A stretch of DNA of 63,878 nucleotides, counting the filler, from Intoshia linei (lineage: Eukaryota; Animalia; Orthonectida), in the NCBI GenBank assembly GCA_001642005.1. It is 6 parts of 6 records of this genome, joined end to end, with 100 filler letters (N's around TTAATTAATTAA, not from the genome) between each part and the next. Parts side by side here need not be neighbours in the genome. Positions count along the whole stretch, not along the records: positions 12,103 to 19,134 come from LWCA01001609.1; positions 19,235 to 24,474 come from LWCA01001809.1; positions 24,575 to 36,193 come from LWCA01001160.1; 3 more parts are not named here. One strand, given 5' to 3'. The notes below the pieces were generated by a model. It ran no database searches and was not told where the DNA came from. It saw nothing but the letters and a program-made list of their open reading frames with translations. Shown piece after piece: positions 13,702-25,901 of this stretch (position 1 is the first letter of the stretch; the number at the start of each line of letters is the position of its first letter). A program made the position numbers and the translations under genes.

Positions 13702-15689
13702 ATGGGTAGCCTATTTTCAAAAAAACAAAAAACAAAAAGAGTTTTACTTCTAGGACTAGACGGTGCAGGAAAATCTAGTAAGACTACATTCTAGTAGTAG
13801 TTTAGTGGTTCCCAAAGGGTGATAAAAACAATCATATCTAATGAAACTTTTTAAACTTTGTCATACAACTTTAACGCCTCCTTTATTTTCTAGTATACAC
13901 ATCGAAACACAGTAACTCCACATTTTTTAATAAATCAGTACATGCACAAAAGGGGTAAAAGAGGGTGGCAAATATCACTAACAGTTTGGGAACCGCTGAT
14001 TTAAGTAATAAATCAATTTTACTAGCGATTTTGCAAAATATGATGACTAGCCCCAATCAATCTCAAACATACCCTACAATTGGGTTTAATGTCGAACGAA
14101 TACAATACGATCAATCTGATTACGAATTATGGGTATTTGTTCAGATATTTCATATTTAGGTTGATGTGACCTCTAATAAATACACCTGGATGACACTTTG
14201 CAAATTAAACTAATTAAATTTATATATTTTTTTACGTGTTAATCATGTTATTATAATTATATTTATAACGGTGAAATAATGGATTTTCATTTTTTTAATG
14301 TGGTCTATTAAATATTCAATATCTGCTTTCGATGAGCAAAAACTTTAAAAACATTTCGGGTGAAGAGTCTTGTTCAGTTTAAACCCGTAAAATTAACTTT
14401 AGAAAATGGAACTTTTTTTATCAAATTTTAAAAATTATTTATTTTGATTTTTAACTAGTTTTATGTCTAACATTCTAAAAAGTGTGTAAAACTTGTAAAA
14501 ATGACATTCAATTTAATGATAATTATCAACGTTAGTAAAAAGTTAAAATGTACAAGGTGATGGAGATGACGAATATAGTCATTTTTGCACAATAGCCATC
14601 TAACCATCCCCAACCCTTGAAACTGATTTATTTAATAGTATGAGTAGGCTGACCTAATTTTTGTCGTACTAAAAGTAGTTCTTTTATTGCTTAGAAACAA
14701 AATATGTTTTTGATTAATTTTTGATTAGAAAAATAAACATTTAAGTTAAATTTCAATTTATAAGTTTATTTACCACGACAAAGTACGACTTTTTAAACAG
14801 TGCCAAAGTCATACTTCTGGTCACACTAGTATTAGAGGTGGCTCCTTTCAAATTTTTGAATCATGAATAGAATTTATCCTCCATACATCTGTTTAGTGGA
14901 AAAATTTTCTGAGATATTTGTATATCAATGATGTTAGATCATCTAGAGAGATTTGGTAGGATGGTATAGAAGTTATATAAGAATATACTTGATCACATCG
15001 CAATCGTATATCCTCAAACATTTGTAAATTAAATGTACATATTTTTTTATTTCTTTCTTGTAACTTATCCTAACTTATATAATATGCTACGCGTATAGCT
15101 ATATATATGCTAATAGCTAAAAACACGTCCTGGGAAAAACTGTATAAGAAATTTGGTTTTTTTAAATCATGCGACTGTCAATTTTTTAAATAAACGGTAG
15201 CACACAGACATTCAATTTTATGTAAGTAAAGGATACTCCACTATATTTCGTTGGATAGAGTTCTATTCTGTTAATAATTTCGTAGTGTGTAACGCAAATT
15301 AAGATTTTTGCTTTCCAATCAAATATAATACTCCACATTATACTACTTACTACATTATACAATTTTTTTTGGTGTGGAAAGGTGACTAAAATATTGATAA
15401 TGGAATACTTATTATTTACCATGTTGTGCCATACCTTGTTTATGTTATATTATATATATTATTTGTTTTATTAAATACAATTTGTATTAGGATATTGGTG
15501 GTCAATCCAAACTACGATCTTTTTGGAGCAATCATTTTATATCAACCAAAGTAATAGCGTTTGTAGTAGACTCAAATGATGTAGATAGATTAGCAGAAGC
15601 CAAAACTGCCTTTGACGGTATAATAGATGATAATAGAACCTGTCAAATATCTATAATACTAATTGCAAACAAACAAGATCTTCCTCATG
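13702..15689 (+). CDS. ARF/ARF-like small GTPase (three exons; 3' exon(s) not securely located)
   Basis: Exons 13702-13777, 14026-14132 and 15491-15689. They encode MG (myristoylation site), GLDGAGKST (P-loop), PTIGFNVE (switch I), WDIGGQ (G3), FVVDSND.DRL.EA and ANKQDL (G4). Confidence 0.92.
14645..14828. mobile_element. MITE (~180 bp) in ARL intron 2; second copy inverted at 47369-47541
   Basis: TIR-like ends TAGGCTGACC/GGTCACACTA. Both copies have an imperfect 7-bp flanking duplication. Confidence 0.75.
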
Positions 15690-15933
15690 GTAATTCCTTA
15701 AAGCATATAACGATAATGCAATGGTATACTTCATGTATTTTAGTTTCCCTTAGGGTTTGAAATTATTTTAATAATCATCGCAGACTTTTTATAATAATGA
15801 TCTGGGTATGCCCGTAGTGATGCTAATAAAATGCAGATATGTGGAATTTTACGGATCTTAACATTAAGATACTTTTTTTTAAAAATTAGTACATTATTAA
15901 TACATTATTAGTAAATTGTATTGTCTGTTAAAT

Positions 15934-17532
15934 TTATTGTTTCATTGATTTATAAATATACTTTTTAATAATGACCAGTAAAATTATCGACAAACATGCT
16001 TGAGTGTGAGTGAATGAGCTTAAGTGTGTTAAGATTGCCAATTTCACATTTTTATTGAAAGGTTTCGATTCTTTCATTGTTTCATCTAAGCTATGAAACC
16101 TAGATATGTTTTCATGTTTAATATTGTTTTTCCACAATGATATTTTATCTTTAAATGCATTTAGCTTTTCATACGCCAATATTACGTTCATATTTTTGCC
16201 TTGAATAAAAATATTTACATCGTTCAATTTGAAAAAAATATTAGTTAAATATGCTAAAAATTGTTCAAATTCCAATGAATTTGGAAACATTATATCAATA
16301 TTTTGTTTTTTTATAAATTCTTTAATTTCCATTCGTAGCTCAAATACACGCTTCAAAACATTTCCACGTGACAACCATCTTATTTCCGTATGGTATAACA
16401 ATATACTATGTACACATCCTAATGGTTCACAAAACAATTTAAAAAGTCGGTGATTTAGAGCACGACCTCTAATTTTGTTTACCACCTTAACTTAAGTCAT
16501 TAACACCGATTTCAGGTCATTTGGTAATGTTTTAACCTCTAATGCATGACGATGAAGCATACCATGCGTAATTATAACATTTGGTATATTCTTTTTGATC
16601 AGAGCAAATATACAAATCATGATCAATAAAAAACTGGCATAACAAATTGAATACGTCTTGTGCTTTAGAAGTTGAATTTAATATTTTACAAGATAAAAAC
16701 TCTTCTGTGATATTTCCATCTTCAATAAATCTAACAAGAGAAAATAATTGACAGCAATTGGCAGCATCTGTAGATTCGTCCAATTGTATGACAATTTTTA
16801 ATGGAGATTTTTTAATATAGTCAATCACCTGATACAATATGTCTTCACTCATATCAATTATTCTATTGTGTATAACATCATTAGATAATGACACTAAAGC
16901 TACTTTACTTTCTGCATCTTTACCCAAAATAATGCGAACAAGATCTAATGTACATGGTTTTATCAGATCTGCGCCAATTGTGTGAGGTTTCATTTTTTGA
17001 GCTATTTGGTATGCAATTTTAAAAGAAGCTTGTAATAGTGGTTTTTCGGACATAACAAAACCCAAATTAGGTAGAGTTCATTTTTGATCAAATCTACGTC
17101 GTTTAATTTTTAGACTTTCTAAATCATTTCTTGTTTCTGTACCACCATGCAATCTATCAAAATTTTATTTAAGTTTTGATGGCTTGAAATTTGAATTAGA
17201 AAAAACCTTTGAACATAAAAAACATTATGGTTTGTCAGATTTATCCGAGTCCGTTATTTTAGTGAATCCATAACGCATCTAATCATCATTTTATTTTTTT
17301 TTTGACATGAAAATTAAAATAAATTTAAATATGACTGAGTGATAAAGTATTCAAATTCAAAAATATATTAGTATTTATCCATTATATTATGTTAACTATG
17401 GATACAAATGAAATAATTTTATTTTCGAATCTTCATGCAATTTCAAAAAATATAGCTGAAAAATATTTTTTTTTTCAAAAATATTTCTGGAACCCCCAAA
17501 AACTGGTTTGGCACTCCGGTGAAGAACCCATG
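15934..17532 (-). mobile_element. hAT Charlie/Buster-type (ZBED5/SCAND3-like) transposon with a disrupted transposase
   Basis: BED-finger remnant CFLCSKVFSNSNFKPSKLK, then KPHTIG.DLIKP, QLDESTD, RALNHRLF and LLYHTEIRWLSRG. It has stops and frameshifts. TIR-like end CATGGGTTCTTCAC at 17532. Confidence 0.9.
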
Positions 17533-17579
17533 ACTTACTCTTAGTATGCATTAAATATTACGGCTTGTATTTTCGATTT

Positions 17580-17750
17580 GAGATCTGAGTAATTTGGATT
17601 TAGATAAATTATGGATATTCTGATCTGAGTAATTTGGATTTGGGTGAATTTATGATTACTCACATCTGAGTAACACAGATTTCGATAAATTATGAATATT
17701 TGATCTGAGTTATTTGAATTTGGGTGAATTTATGATTACTCAAATCTGAG
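17580..17750. repeat. Tandem repeat of ~40-bp units alternating A/B (~80-bp dimer)
   Basis: Units begin with ATCTGAGT. They alternate ...gataaattatg(g/a)atatt and ...tgggtgaatttatgattactca. Confidence 0.85.
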
Positions 17751-19134
17751 TGTAATAAATATGATAATTATTTATTTAATTAAGCTAAAATACAATTAAC
17801 ATTTACATTTACATTTACATTTACAATTAATATTTACATTATTTAAAGATTCTTGAGTTATTGAGTGATAATTAGTATCTCTATAACTTTAGTAAAATGG
17901 TATGTATAGAGATACTTCATCTCCCTTCTTAAGATATTGTAATATTGTTAGCATCTAGTATACTTTTGATTTCATTCATTACAAAATGATAACCAAAAGT
18001 TTCGTTGGCAATTTTTATTACATTCAATAATGGTAGATTAAAATTATTTAACTCATTAACTTTGTTTATATTCAAAATATAATCTTTAAACTTTGTAAGT
18101 TCTTTAGAATTGCGTTTATTTCGTCGTTTGCAAATTTTATGATCTTTTGATTTTTCATGATGGTAACTTTTTGATTTTTGTACCTTATTATCATAGTTGT
18201 GTTAGATTCTTTCAATATATTTTCGTTGATACTGTTCTATTGGTTTTTTTCCGTATACCATTTCAATACTCGTGGAGACATCTTATAGTTTGGTATCTCA
18301 GTTTGATCCTTCTTCATTACACATTATACGTAATTTTTCTTTAATATTTCTGTGTAAGCGTTCTACTTTTCCTGTTTCTTGATGACAGTACGGTGTAGAT
18401 GTTCCTTTGTTAATGCTAAATGTTTTACAAAGTTAGTCTATTAATGTACATTCAAATTCTCGGCCCATATCCGTTTGAATCGTTTCGGGAGCCCCATATC
18501 GACATATTAAATTTGTATAGATTGCTCGAGATACTATTTCTGATGTTTTATTTGGTATTGGAATACATTCAGTCAAACCAGAATAATGGTCCATCATATT
18601 CAATAAGTAAACGTTACCATTTTTCGTTTTAGTAAGAGGTCCCATTATGTTTATCTGCCTTAATTGATTGAAGTATTTAGTAATAACTGGGTTCATATTA
18701 TTATGTCTATGGTGATTACGGACTTTTGATATATTACATTTTTCACAATTTTGTACAAATGTTTCTATATCTTTATGCATTCGTACTCAAAAATAGCGAA
18801 TTCTGATAATCTGAAGCATTTTGGTTTTTCCGGGTGTACATAAAGTTTTGATTTATGAAAGTAGCATAATATCATTTTTTATGGAATTGGGAACAATTGG
18901 AACGATGGTTTTATTTCGATAATGTAGTAATCCTCTTACAATTTCCAATTTAGCTTGATGAAAACCGTATGGGTTTCCTTTCGGTATTTTTTAAATTGTT
19001 ATTAATTGAATTCACAGCAGTTTTAATAGCCATATTTTTCAATTGTATACTTTTTAAGTTAAAAGGATCATTATTCAGTTATATACTATTTGTATTTCGT
19101 GATAAAACGTCTGCTCTTATGTTAAGGTGACCTG
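17751..19134 (-). mobile_element. Ty3/Gypsy LTR retrotransposon remnant (RNase H end, integrase, PPT, putative 3' LTR)
   Basis: GHLNIRADVLSR; zinc knuckle CEKC; IMGPL...MDHYS...RYGAPETIQTDMGREF; TPYCHQETGKVER. A polypurine tract AAGAAGGGAGA (17930-17920) is followed by TG at 17919. Confidence 0.88.
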
Positions 19135-19234
19135 NNNNNNNNNNNNNNNNNNNNNNNNNNNNNNNNNNNNNNNNNNNNTTAATTAATTAANNNNNNNNNN
19201 NNNNNNNNNNNNNNNNNNNNNNNNNNNNNNNNNN

Positions 19235-19705
19235 TTATAGGAAAAAAATTCATGGTAATAACCGATCATAATCCTCTAACATCGTTAAAAAAATCGGACT
19301 ATTTAAGTAATATCCAGTTTCGATGGATAGAATACATGGAAGAATTCGATTTTGGTATAACGTATAGACCAGGTCACCTTAACATATAAGCAGACGTTTT
19401 ATCATGAAATACAAATAGTATATCACTGAATAATGATCATTTTAACTCAAAAAGTATACAATTGAAAGATATGGATATTAAAACTGCTGTGAATTCAATT
19501 AATAACAATTTAAAAATACCGACTGGAAACCCATACGGTTTTCATCAAGCTAGATTAGAAATTGTAAACAGATTACTACATTATATAATAAATATTATAT
19601 ATAAAATAAAAACATCGTTCCAATTGTTCCTAATTTCATAAAAAATGATATATATTAGTTGTATAAGTCAAAACTTTATGTATACCCTGGAAAAACCAAG
19701 ATGCT
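19235..19705 (+). mobile_element. Second Gypsy fragment (RNase H), inverted relative to the one left of the gap
   Basis: ITDHNPL...RWIEYMEEFDFGITYRPGHLN. Positions 19371-19705 are a diverged reverse complement of about 18820-19134. Confidence 0.85.
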
Positions 19706-20126
19706 TAAGATGGGATAACGTATAAATGCATAGTGGAAAAAAATTTAAATGCAGTCATTAAAATATAAGGTTAAATTTTTTTAAAATAACCTGACACAGA
19801 TTGGAACCTATTTATTTAAATATAAAAGTAGATTCCACTAGAATGGCTTAAACAGATTTTTGGTAACAATGCATAGCGCGTAATAATTTTATTAAAATAC
19901 GTAAAAAATTTTATTAATTACGTAAATATTAATTTATTTTCTGAAAATTTTGTGACTACTACAGTCACTGTAGTGCACATCTGCTATATAGTATCTACTA
20001 AAAATACGCAGATGTTATTAATAATAATTATCATCTATTTTTATGTTGATTGAAAGTATTAAACTCGAATTACAAACAATAAATATTAAAAAAAATTAAT
20101 TCACATCAAATTAAACTTTATGAAAA

Positions 20127-20720
20127 ATGCTTATTGGATGGCGTCAAATATATTTTGTGACCCAAAGAAAATCTATAACCATATACGACTTGATATCAAA
20201 AAGCTGTGTAAACTTTCTTTTGGTAATGGGTTTCTACAAAATTCTTATTGGATATTTTATTAAAATTATAATGGAAAGCGACATTTACACTAATATGTGT
20301 TCATTACCAATTTATTCAGAAACTCAAGATAATTATTACGGAACAAATTTGGCAAATTATATACTTATTGTAGGAAGTATTCAATTTATTATGTCCATGT
20401 TTTTATTCATTGTAATTAATTTTAAATGTTTAAAATCCAATTCAATCAACAACATTGTATCTATATTGATTGTAAATTTTGTCATACCCATCAATTTTTC
20501 AGTCTTGTGCTTTTATTACATGTTTAATACTGGAGAAGGATGCAGTTTTATAATTTATAAAATTTTAAGCTTGATTTCAATTTTAGTAAAGTTTTATTGT
20601 ACCGCAATATGGATAATTATGCTTTTGTTAATGATGGCAATGAGTAAATACACCAATTTGAGGTTAAAATTTTGTAATTTTAACAACAAAAATAAAAGAA
20701 AACAAGAGATTAGATTCTAA
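20127..20720 (+). CDS. Intronless multi-pass membrane protein, possibly TMEM272-like
   Basis: A 197-codon ORF in very AT-rich DNA with about four hydrophobic segments, spaced Cys (C.LP...Y.L.VG; C..IIY) and a basic C-tail. Confidence 0.55.
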   Translation: MLIGWRQIYFVTQRKSITIYDLISKSCVNFLLVMGFYKILIGYFIKIIMESDIYTNMCSLPIYSETQDNYYGTNLANYILIVGSIQFIMSMFLFIVINFKCLKSNSINNIVSILIVNFVIPINFSVLCFYYMFNTGEGCSFIIYKILSLISILVKFYCTAIWIIMLLLMMAMSKYTNLRLKFCNFNNKNKRKQEIRF

Positions 20721-21008
20721 GATTGCACCAAAAAAAGAAAAAACAAACCATCATTCTAATGATCGAGTGGTTCCATGTCAATTATTTTAAAATTCCAAAT
20801 GAATACCAAGATACCACATTATAAAAATGAAAATACATGCATATAATACTTTTATATTAAATGTATACTGAACTGTATAGTCTTAACATCCAATAATGAT
20901 TAATTAATTCACTAATAAAGTTTATAAACTGCATGTATGATCTCATCAAAATCTCTATAGATTCTTAAATAGTAATTACTGATCCATGACAGAAATAAAA
21001 TAAAATAA

Positions 21009-22132
21009 ATGCAAGTTTTCACTGATCAACTCAATTTTTACCGATTCTATATTTTATTTGGATTTTCAATTTTGACAACAATATTTTTAATAATTGCAGT
21101 AGTCACACCAAACTGGTTCGTTTACGAAAGAAATGGTGTAATTGACACGAGAGGTCTGTTTTTCATTTGTCATTATGTAATTGATGCATACTTGATGAAT
21201 TGCGTTTTTGATTCCCTCGTAGAAAGTGTTTGTAATTGATTAATTTTTATTATTTTAATCAAATTTAGTTTGGTATTTTGCGATACGAGGATTAGGCGTA
21301 GTGTCATTTGTTTTTCATATACTGACCACCATATTTATTAGTTTGCAGGCTTTTAATGCTCGCTTAAAGTACAACAAAAATATTATGAATTGGATTCACT
21401 TGTTTATATTATTATCAGGTACATTTATTTTTTTTAATAAAATTCCATGACACAATTTTACCCATAAACCAAAAATAATGGGCAAGATTCGTCAAGAAAT
21501 TTTCTTTTAATGTAGAGTACATTGTAATTAGTAAACTTAATATTTACAGTCGGATTAATCTTGAGCCAACTTTTTTTAAATGAGGGTCGGAATCCGGATC
21601 ACTCTAGTGTTCAGAAAAATTTGGGAAATTTTATATTCACTAAACAAAACAATTAAAATAATGACATTATTTCAACAAAGTTTTTTAAAAATTAAATTTC
21701 AAGTGGTCCTGGAAAAATGCTAAAAAGTGGTATTGTAAAATGACCGTTCCGTGAACAGAGTTTAAGAATTCCCTCAATATACTTATAAAAATTATTACTG
21801 ATTCAATTCATTTAGCCACATCTTTACTTGTCACCATTTGTGTTTTTGGATTAGACACAAACATTTACAATCACTTTTCCATTAGTTATAGTACAGGACT
21901 CGCTCTCGTCACATTTTTCCTAGATCTCACAATGCTGGCATTTTGTCTACTACAAAAATATTATTTTGGTACTCGAAAATTTTCCGATACTCATAATTAT
22001 ATAACTGGAAACCAATCTCCACTACTAGTGTCAATATCAAAACAGTCAAATACATATGGTGGGTCCAGCGAATTAGCCACAGCTACCAAGAAAAATACCA
22101 ACCAAAATAGTTACTCTGTTGCAGTTGATTAA
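21009..22132 (+). CDS. Claudin/PMP22/EMP-family tetraspan protein
   Basis: Exons 21009-21231, 21269-21418 and 21816-22132 join in frame. TM1 is followed by TPNW, a GLF..C...C loop (W-GLW-C-C signature variant), four TMs and a SYS motif before TM4. Confidence 0.8.
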
Positions 22133-22728
22133 TATTAAACATATTCAACAAATTTTCTTTGGGGTTTTGTTTCATTTGATTTAAAAATAATCATTCACAT
22201 CTCAAAAATTATAATAATAATTATAATTTTTCTTAAAAACCCCTCTTGAAATTTTAATTCAAAAAAATTTCCTAAAAATCCCCTTAAAAATTTGGTTTAA
22301 AAAAAAATTTTAAAAACCCTCTTGAAGTTTTGGTATATATATTAAAAAATTTAACTTTTTAAAACTTGTAGAGACTAGCTTATTTATGTTCCACGTTATT
22401 TTCCATCTATTGAAAATGATTGGAATCGTAACATCTTTTTTTTCTATTTTACTAAAATATAGATAATGTCCTGCTTTATATGCTACTCAAGAATTCTAGA
22501 TATAAGGTATACTATTTTTTATTGAACATGATTAATTACGAAATGAGACATGGAGAACGTAAAATTTACAAAAAAATGACAGAAGTGCAAAACAAAAACA
22601 ATTTCATGAATTGGATGGGATTCAATCAAGTCGGACTTAATACAACATATGAAGAAATGCCAAACACCTCAGTATCAATTGTGAATACATTATAATTATT
22701 AAATATTTTTCATTACATCTTAACTTAT

Positions 22729-23590
22729 ATAAAATGCGACGCGACTTTTGTTTGTGTGTGTGTTCCACTTTATTGAAATAACTATGAGTCTTAGAATTTT
22801 ATAAAGTCCCCATTTCAATAACAGTTTTTTCCGGGACATATAATAAGATAAATTTGAACCTCCCCAACTCACGTCTTACTGGTCAAAAACCCCCATTGTC
22901 CTTTTTTTGAAAATCAAATAAGTTGCAGAATTTAAAAAAAATATTTGCGCTGATACGGATTTTAAAACCATAAACATTATCATAAATTTAAATTTCAAAA
23001 AATTATATCTTCAGGGCCAAAACCACAAATTACCGTTCCTTTTTTTTGAAAACAGCCCTAGAATTTCAAAAAATTTACAGGTCGTAGAGTTGTATCATGT
23101 TAACACACATAGTAAAATTTCCATCCGAATAAGTGACGACTTCACGGTCAAAAAAGCATTTTAGTATTCATATATTTTTTTCCGAATCATTTTATTAAAA
23201 CAATAAATGTGTACGTCTACACATTTCCAGTAAAGACATATGGGTGAAAATCTACATAATTCATGCCTTCGGAATAGTTGTGTGTGTTACCATTTATTTC
23301 AATAACTACAAGTCTTAGAATTTTACAAAGTCCACATTTCAATTACAGTTTTTTCCGGGTTAGCAAAATAAATTTCAACCTTCCAAACTCACATCTTACC
23401 GATCAAAAAGCCCAATTGTCCTTTATTTTGAAAATCAAACAAGTTCGAGAATTTAAAATTTAAAAAAATATATAGCTTATACGGATTTTAAAATCATAAA
23501 TGTTATCATAAATTTAAATATAAAAAAATATATTTTGAGGTCCAAAACCACAAATGACTTTTTTTAATGAAAACAGCCCTAGAATTTATT
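22729..23590 (+). repeat. Two tandem partial copies of the Helitron-like family
   Basis: Starts TCTTAACTTATATAAAATGCG..TTTGTGTGTGTG. It is the reverse complement of 1600-2050, and the unit restarts near 23277. Confidence 0.8.
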
Positions 23591-24789
23591 ATATTTATTA
23601 ATACATTTATTATATTTAAAATTTAAATATTGTTTTCATTTTTTTTTTAAAATATTCAAAATTTTTAGTAAATAAGTCGAGTGTTAATGTTGTACTATGA
23701 AAAAATTCAAAAATGTTTACTTGTAAACAATATTATTACGATTATACGCTTAGCTAAAATAATTAATTTGTTCGTTCCAATCATAATGCCAAATTTATAA
23801 ACCACGACAATGTCTAATTTTTCATGTGTTCGTGAGTACCCTTTCTTTCTTTTTTGCAAATTCAATACCATATTAGAATACATTATTCCATTTCAAAATT
23901 AAAAAATTAGTTTTTGCTTTTTCTAAATAATATAGAATTAATACAACTTAATCATCCATAAATGTATAACTTTTACATAAATAAATATTTAGCGTCATTG
24001 GAAAGGTTTAAATATTTAAATAATAGCAAACTCATAATATAAACATAAAATCATTAATTCTATGTACGTTTAAAATTTAAAATATAAAAGGTGCCCAACG
24101 TTCACTGTTTATCTTCGAATGGATTCACCATTCAATCACATCATTCTTATTCATATTGAAAACAAATTCTGTCGCGCGCTAAGCCTGATACACGATGTGA
24201 ATGAAAAAAATGACTTAACATAGAGCGTTATTTTTAAAAATTATTACAAAAATTTAAATAAATGATTATTCTGATAGAAATTATTCCATTGAATATAAGT
24301 AAAAACGGCACAACTTAAATAATTATAATTACATAGCAATGATAATACAATTGTATTAACTCATATACTCCCAGACAAATTTTTCCAATTTTTTGACTTC
24401 AATTCTTCCAAAAATTTGGGAAGTTAATACATACTTGCCTATTTCTCATCATATATAATTTTAGGTAATTACCANNNNNNNNNNNNNNNNNNNNNNNNNN
24501 NNNNNNNNNNNNNNNNNNTTAATTAATTAANNNNNNNNNNNNNNNNNNNNNNNNNNNNNNNNNNNNNNNNNNNNATTTTATATTTAAAATAATATTTTTA
24601 AGAAAATTGTCATATATTAGTTACTGTGGGCGATATATTGTTCAAAACTTTAGAGGCGATGCCCCAGAGTTTTTTAACAGTTGAGAGGTAAGATTCGGTG
24701 CAAATTAAATATATTCAAAATTTTCATATGTTAGAAGGGTGCACTTTTGATATAAAAATTCGTTTACACCCGTACATGTTACAAATTAT

Positions 24790-25190
24790 GTAAAACTGAA
24801 AAGTACACATTCTATGGGCAAGTCGTAGAATGTGTAAAATTTTCATTTATATTTTAATTTTGAATTGTATAAATTTTTTTAACCAAGCTTTCAAGGGGGT
24901 TTTTAAGATTTTTTTTTGAACTTAAACATCAATGTTGTCTTTAACTTTGGTTGAAAAAATTTTTTTTAAGAGAACATTTGGGGTCGTTTTTTTAGAAATT
25001 TTTTTTAAAATTAAGTTTTCAAGAGTAGATTTTAAGATTTTTTTTGAATATACTTTCAAGGTGGTTTTTAAGATTGGTTTAAAAAATAATTTCTAAAACC
25101 CCACATTAAACTAAAATTAAGATATAAATGAAAATTTTACACATTCCACGACTTGCCCGTAGAATCTGTACATTTTACAGTGGTACACAT
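24790..25190. mobile_element. Foldback-type MITE with long TIRs
   Basis: gtacacattctatgggcaagtcgtagaatgtgtaaaattttcatttatat has an inverted copy atataaatgaaaattttacacattccacgacttgcccgtagaatctgtac. The interior consists of AT-rich subrepeats. Confidence 0.75.
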
Positions 25191-25901
25191 TCTATGCAAC
25201 ATATATAATGTATATGAATAATGTAGTCTTATTTTAAGCGGTGCAATTTTGTGAGTTGGCTAGACCCTACTCGTATAAAGTAATTCCTGCTAAAAATGTA
25301 TGTTAAGTAAAATTACTACAGATATTTACAATTTTACTTTTTCTGGAATTAATCTTATTTATCACGATATTTAAGGTTGTAAGTATTATTGTAGTGATTA
25401 TTTAAATAACACTAAGTGTGAATAATTCATTGAATAGTTCACTTTAAATGTGAAATGATCGGTCCACAGTAAAAAAAGTTTCGGAACAACTGCTTTAAAT
25501 GGTAGTTTAAATAAAATGTTTATGTAAGATTTTTTATTAAATTTAATTTTATGGTCAAATTAAAGCAGAGGTAGGTACTGTTTGCATGAAGTACATAACA
25601 TGAACCTAGAGCAGGTTCCCACAATTTCTTTAACGGGGACCGGTAATTTACTATAAAGTTTCTCGCTGACCACTAAAACGCAATCACTAGACGAAAATGC
25701 GATAATATAAATTTAATAATTACAATATTTATCGTATTTTTATTTAAAATATTTTGAAAAAAATTTCCACGCACCGGCATTTGGGTTTCGCTTAGTTAGC
25801 AATTAAAAACAACAAATACATTCTTACATACTAAAAAGTTTAGATAAAATTTTCATCATTTTGTTTATATCAATAATTATCGCCATTAATAATATTTTTA
25901 G

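Noticed and set aside
17580-17750. CRISPR-like repeat-spacer array
   Set aside because: The spacers repeat, the context is eukaryotic, and there are no cas genes.
22370-22695. Possible small gene after the claudin-like gene
   Set aside because: No convincing start or homology. It is left unannotated.
24090-24205. GC-richer patch as a possible ncRNA
   Set aside because: It has only a short hairpin and no tRNA, snRNA or snoRNA signature.
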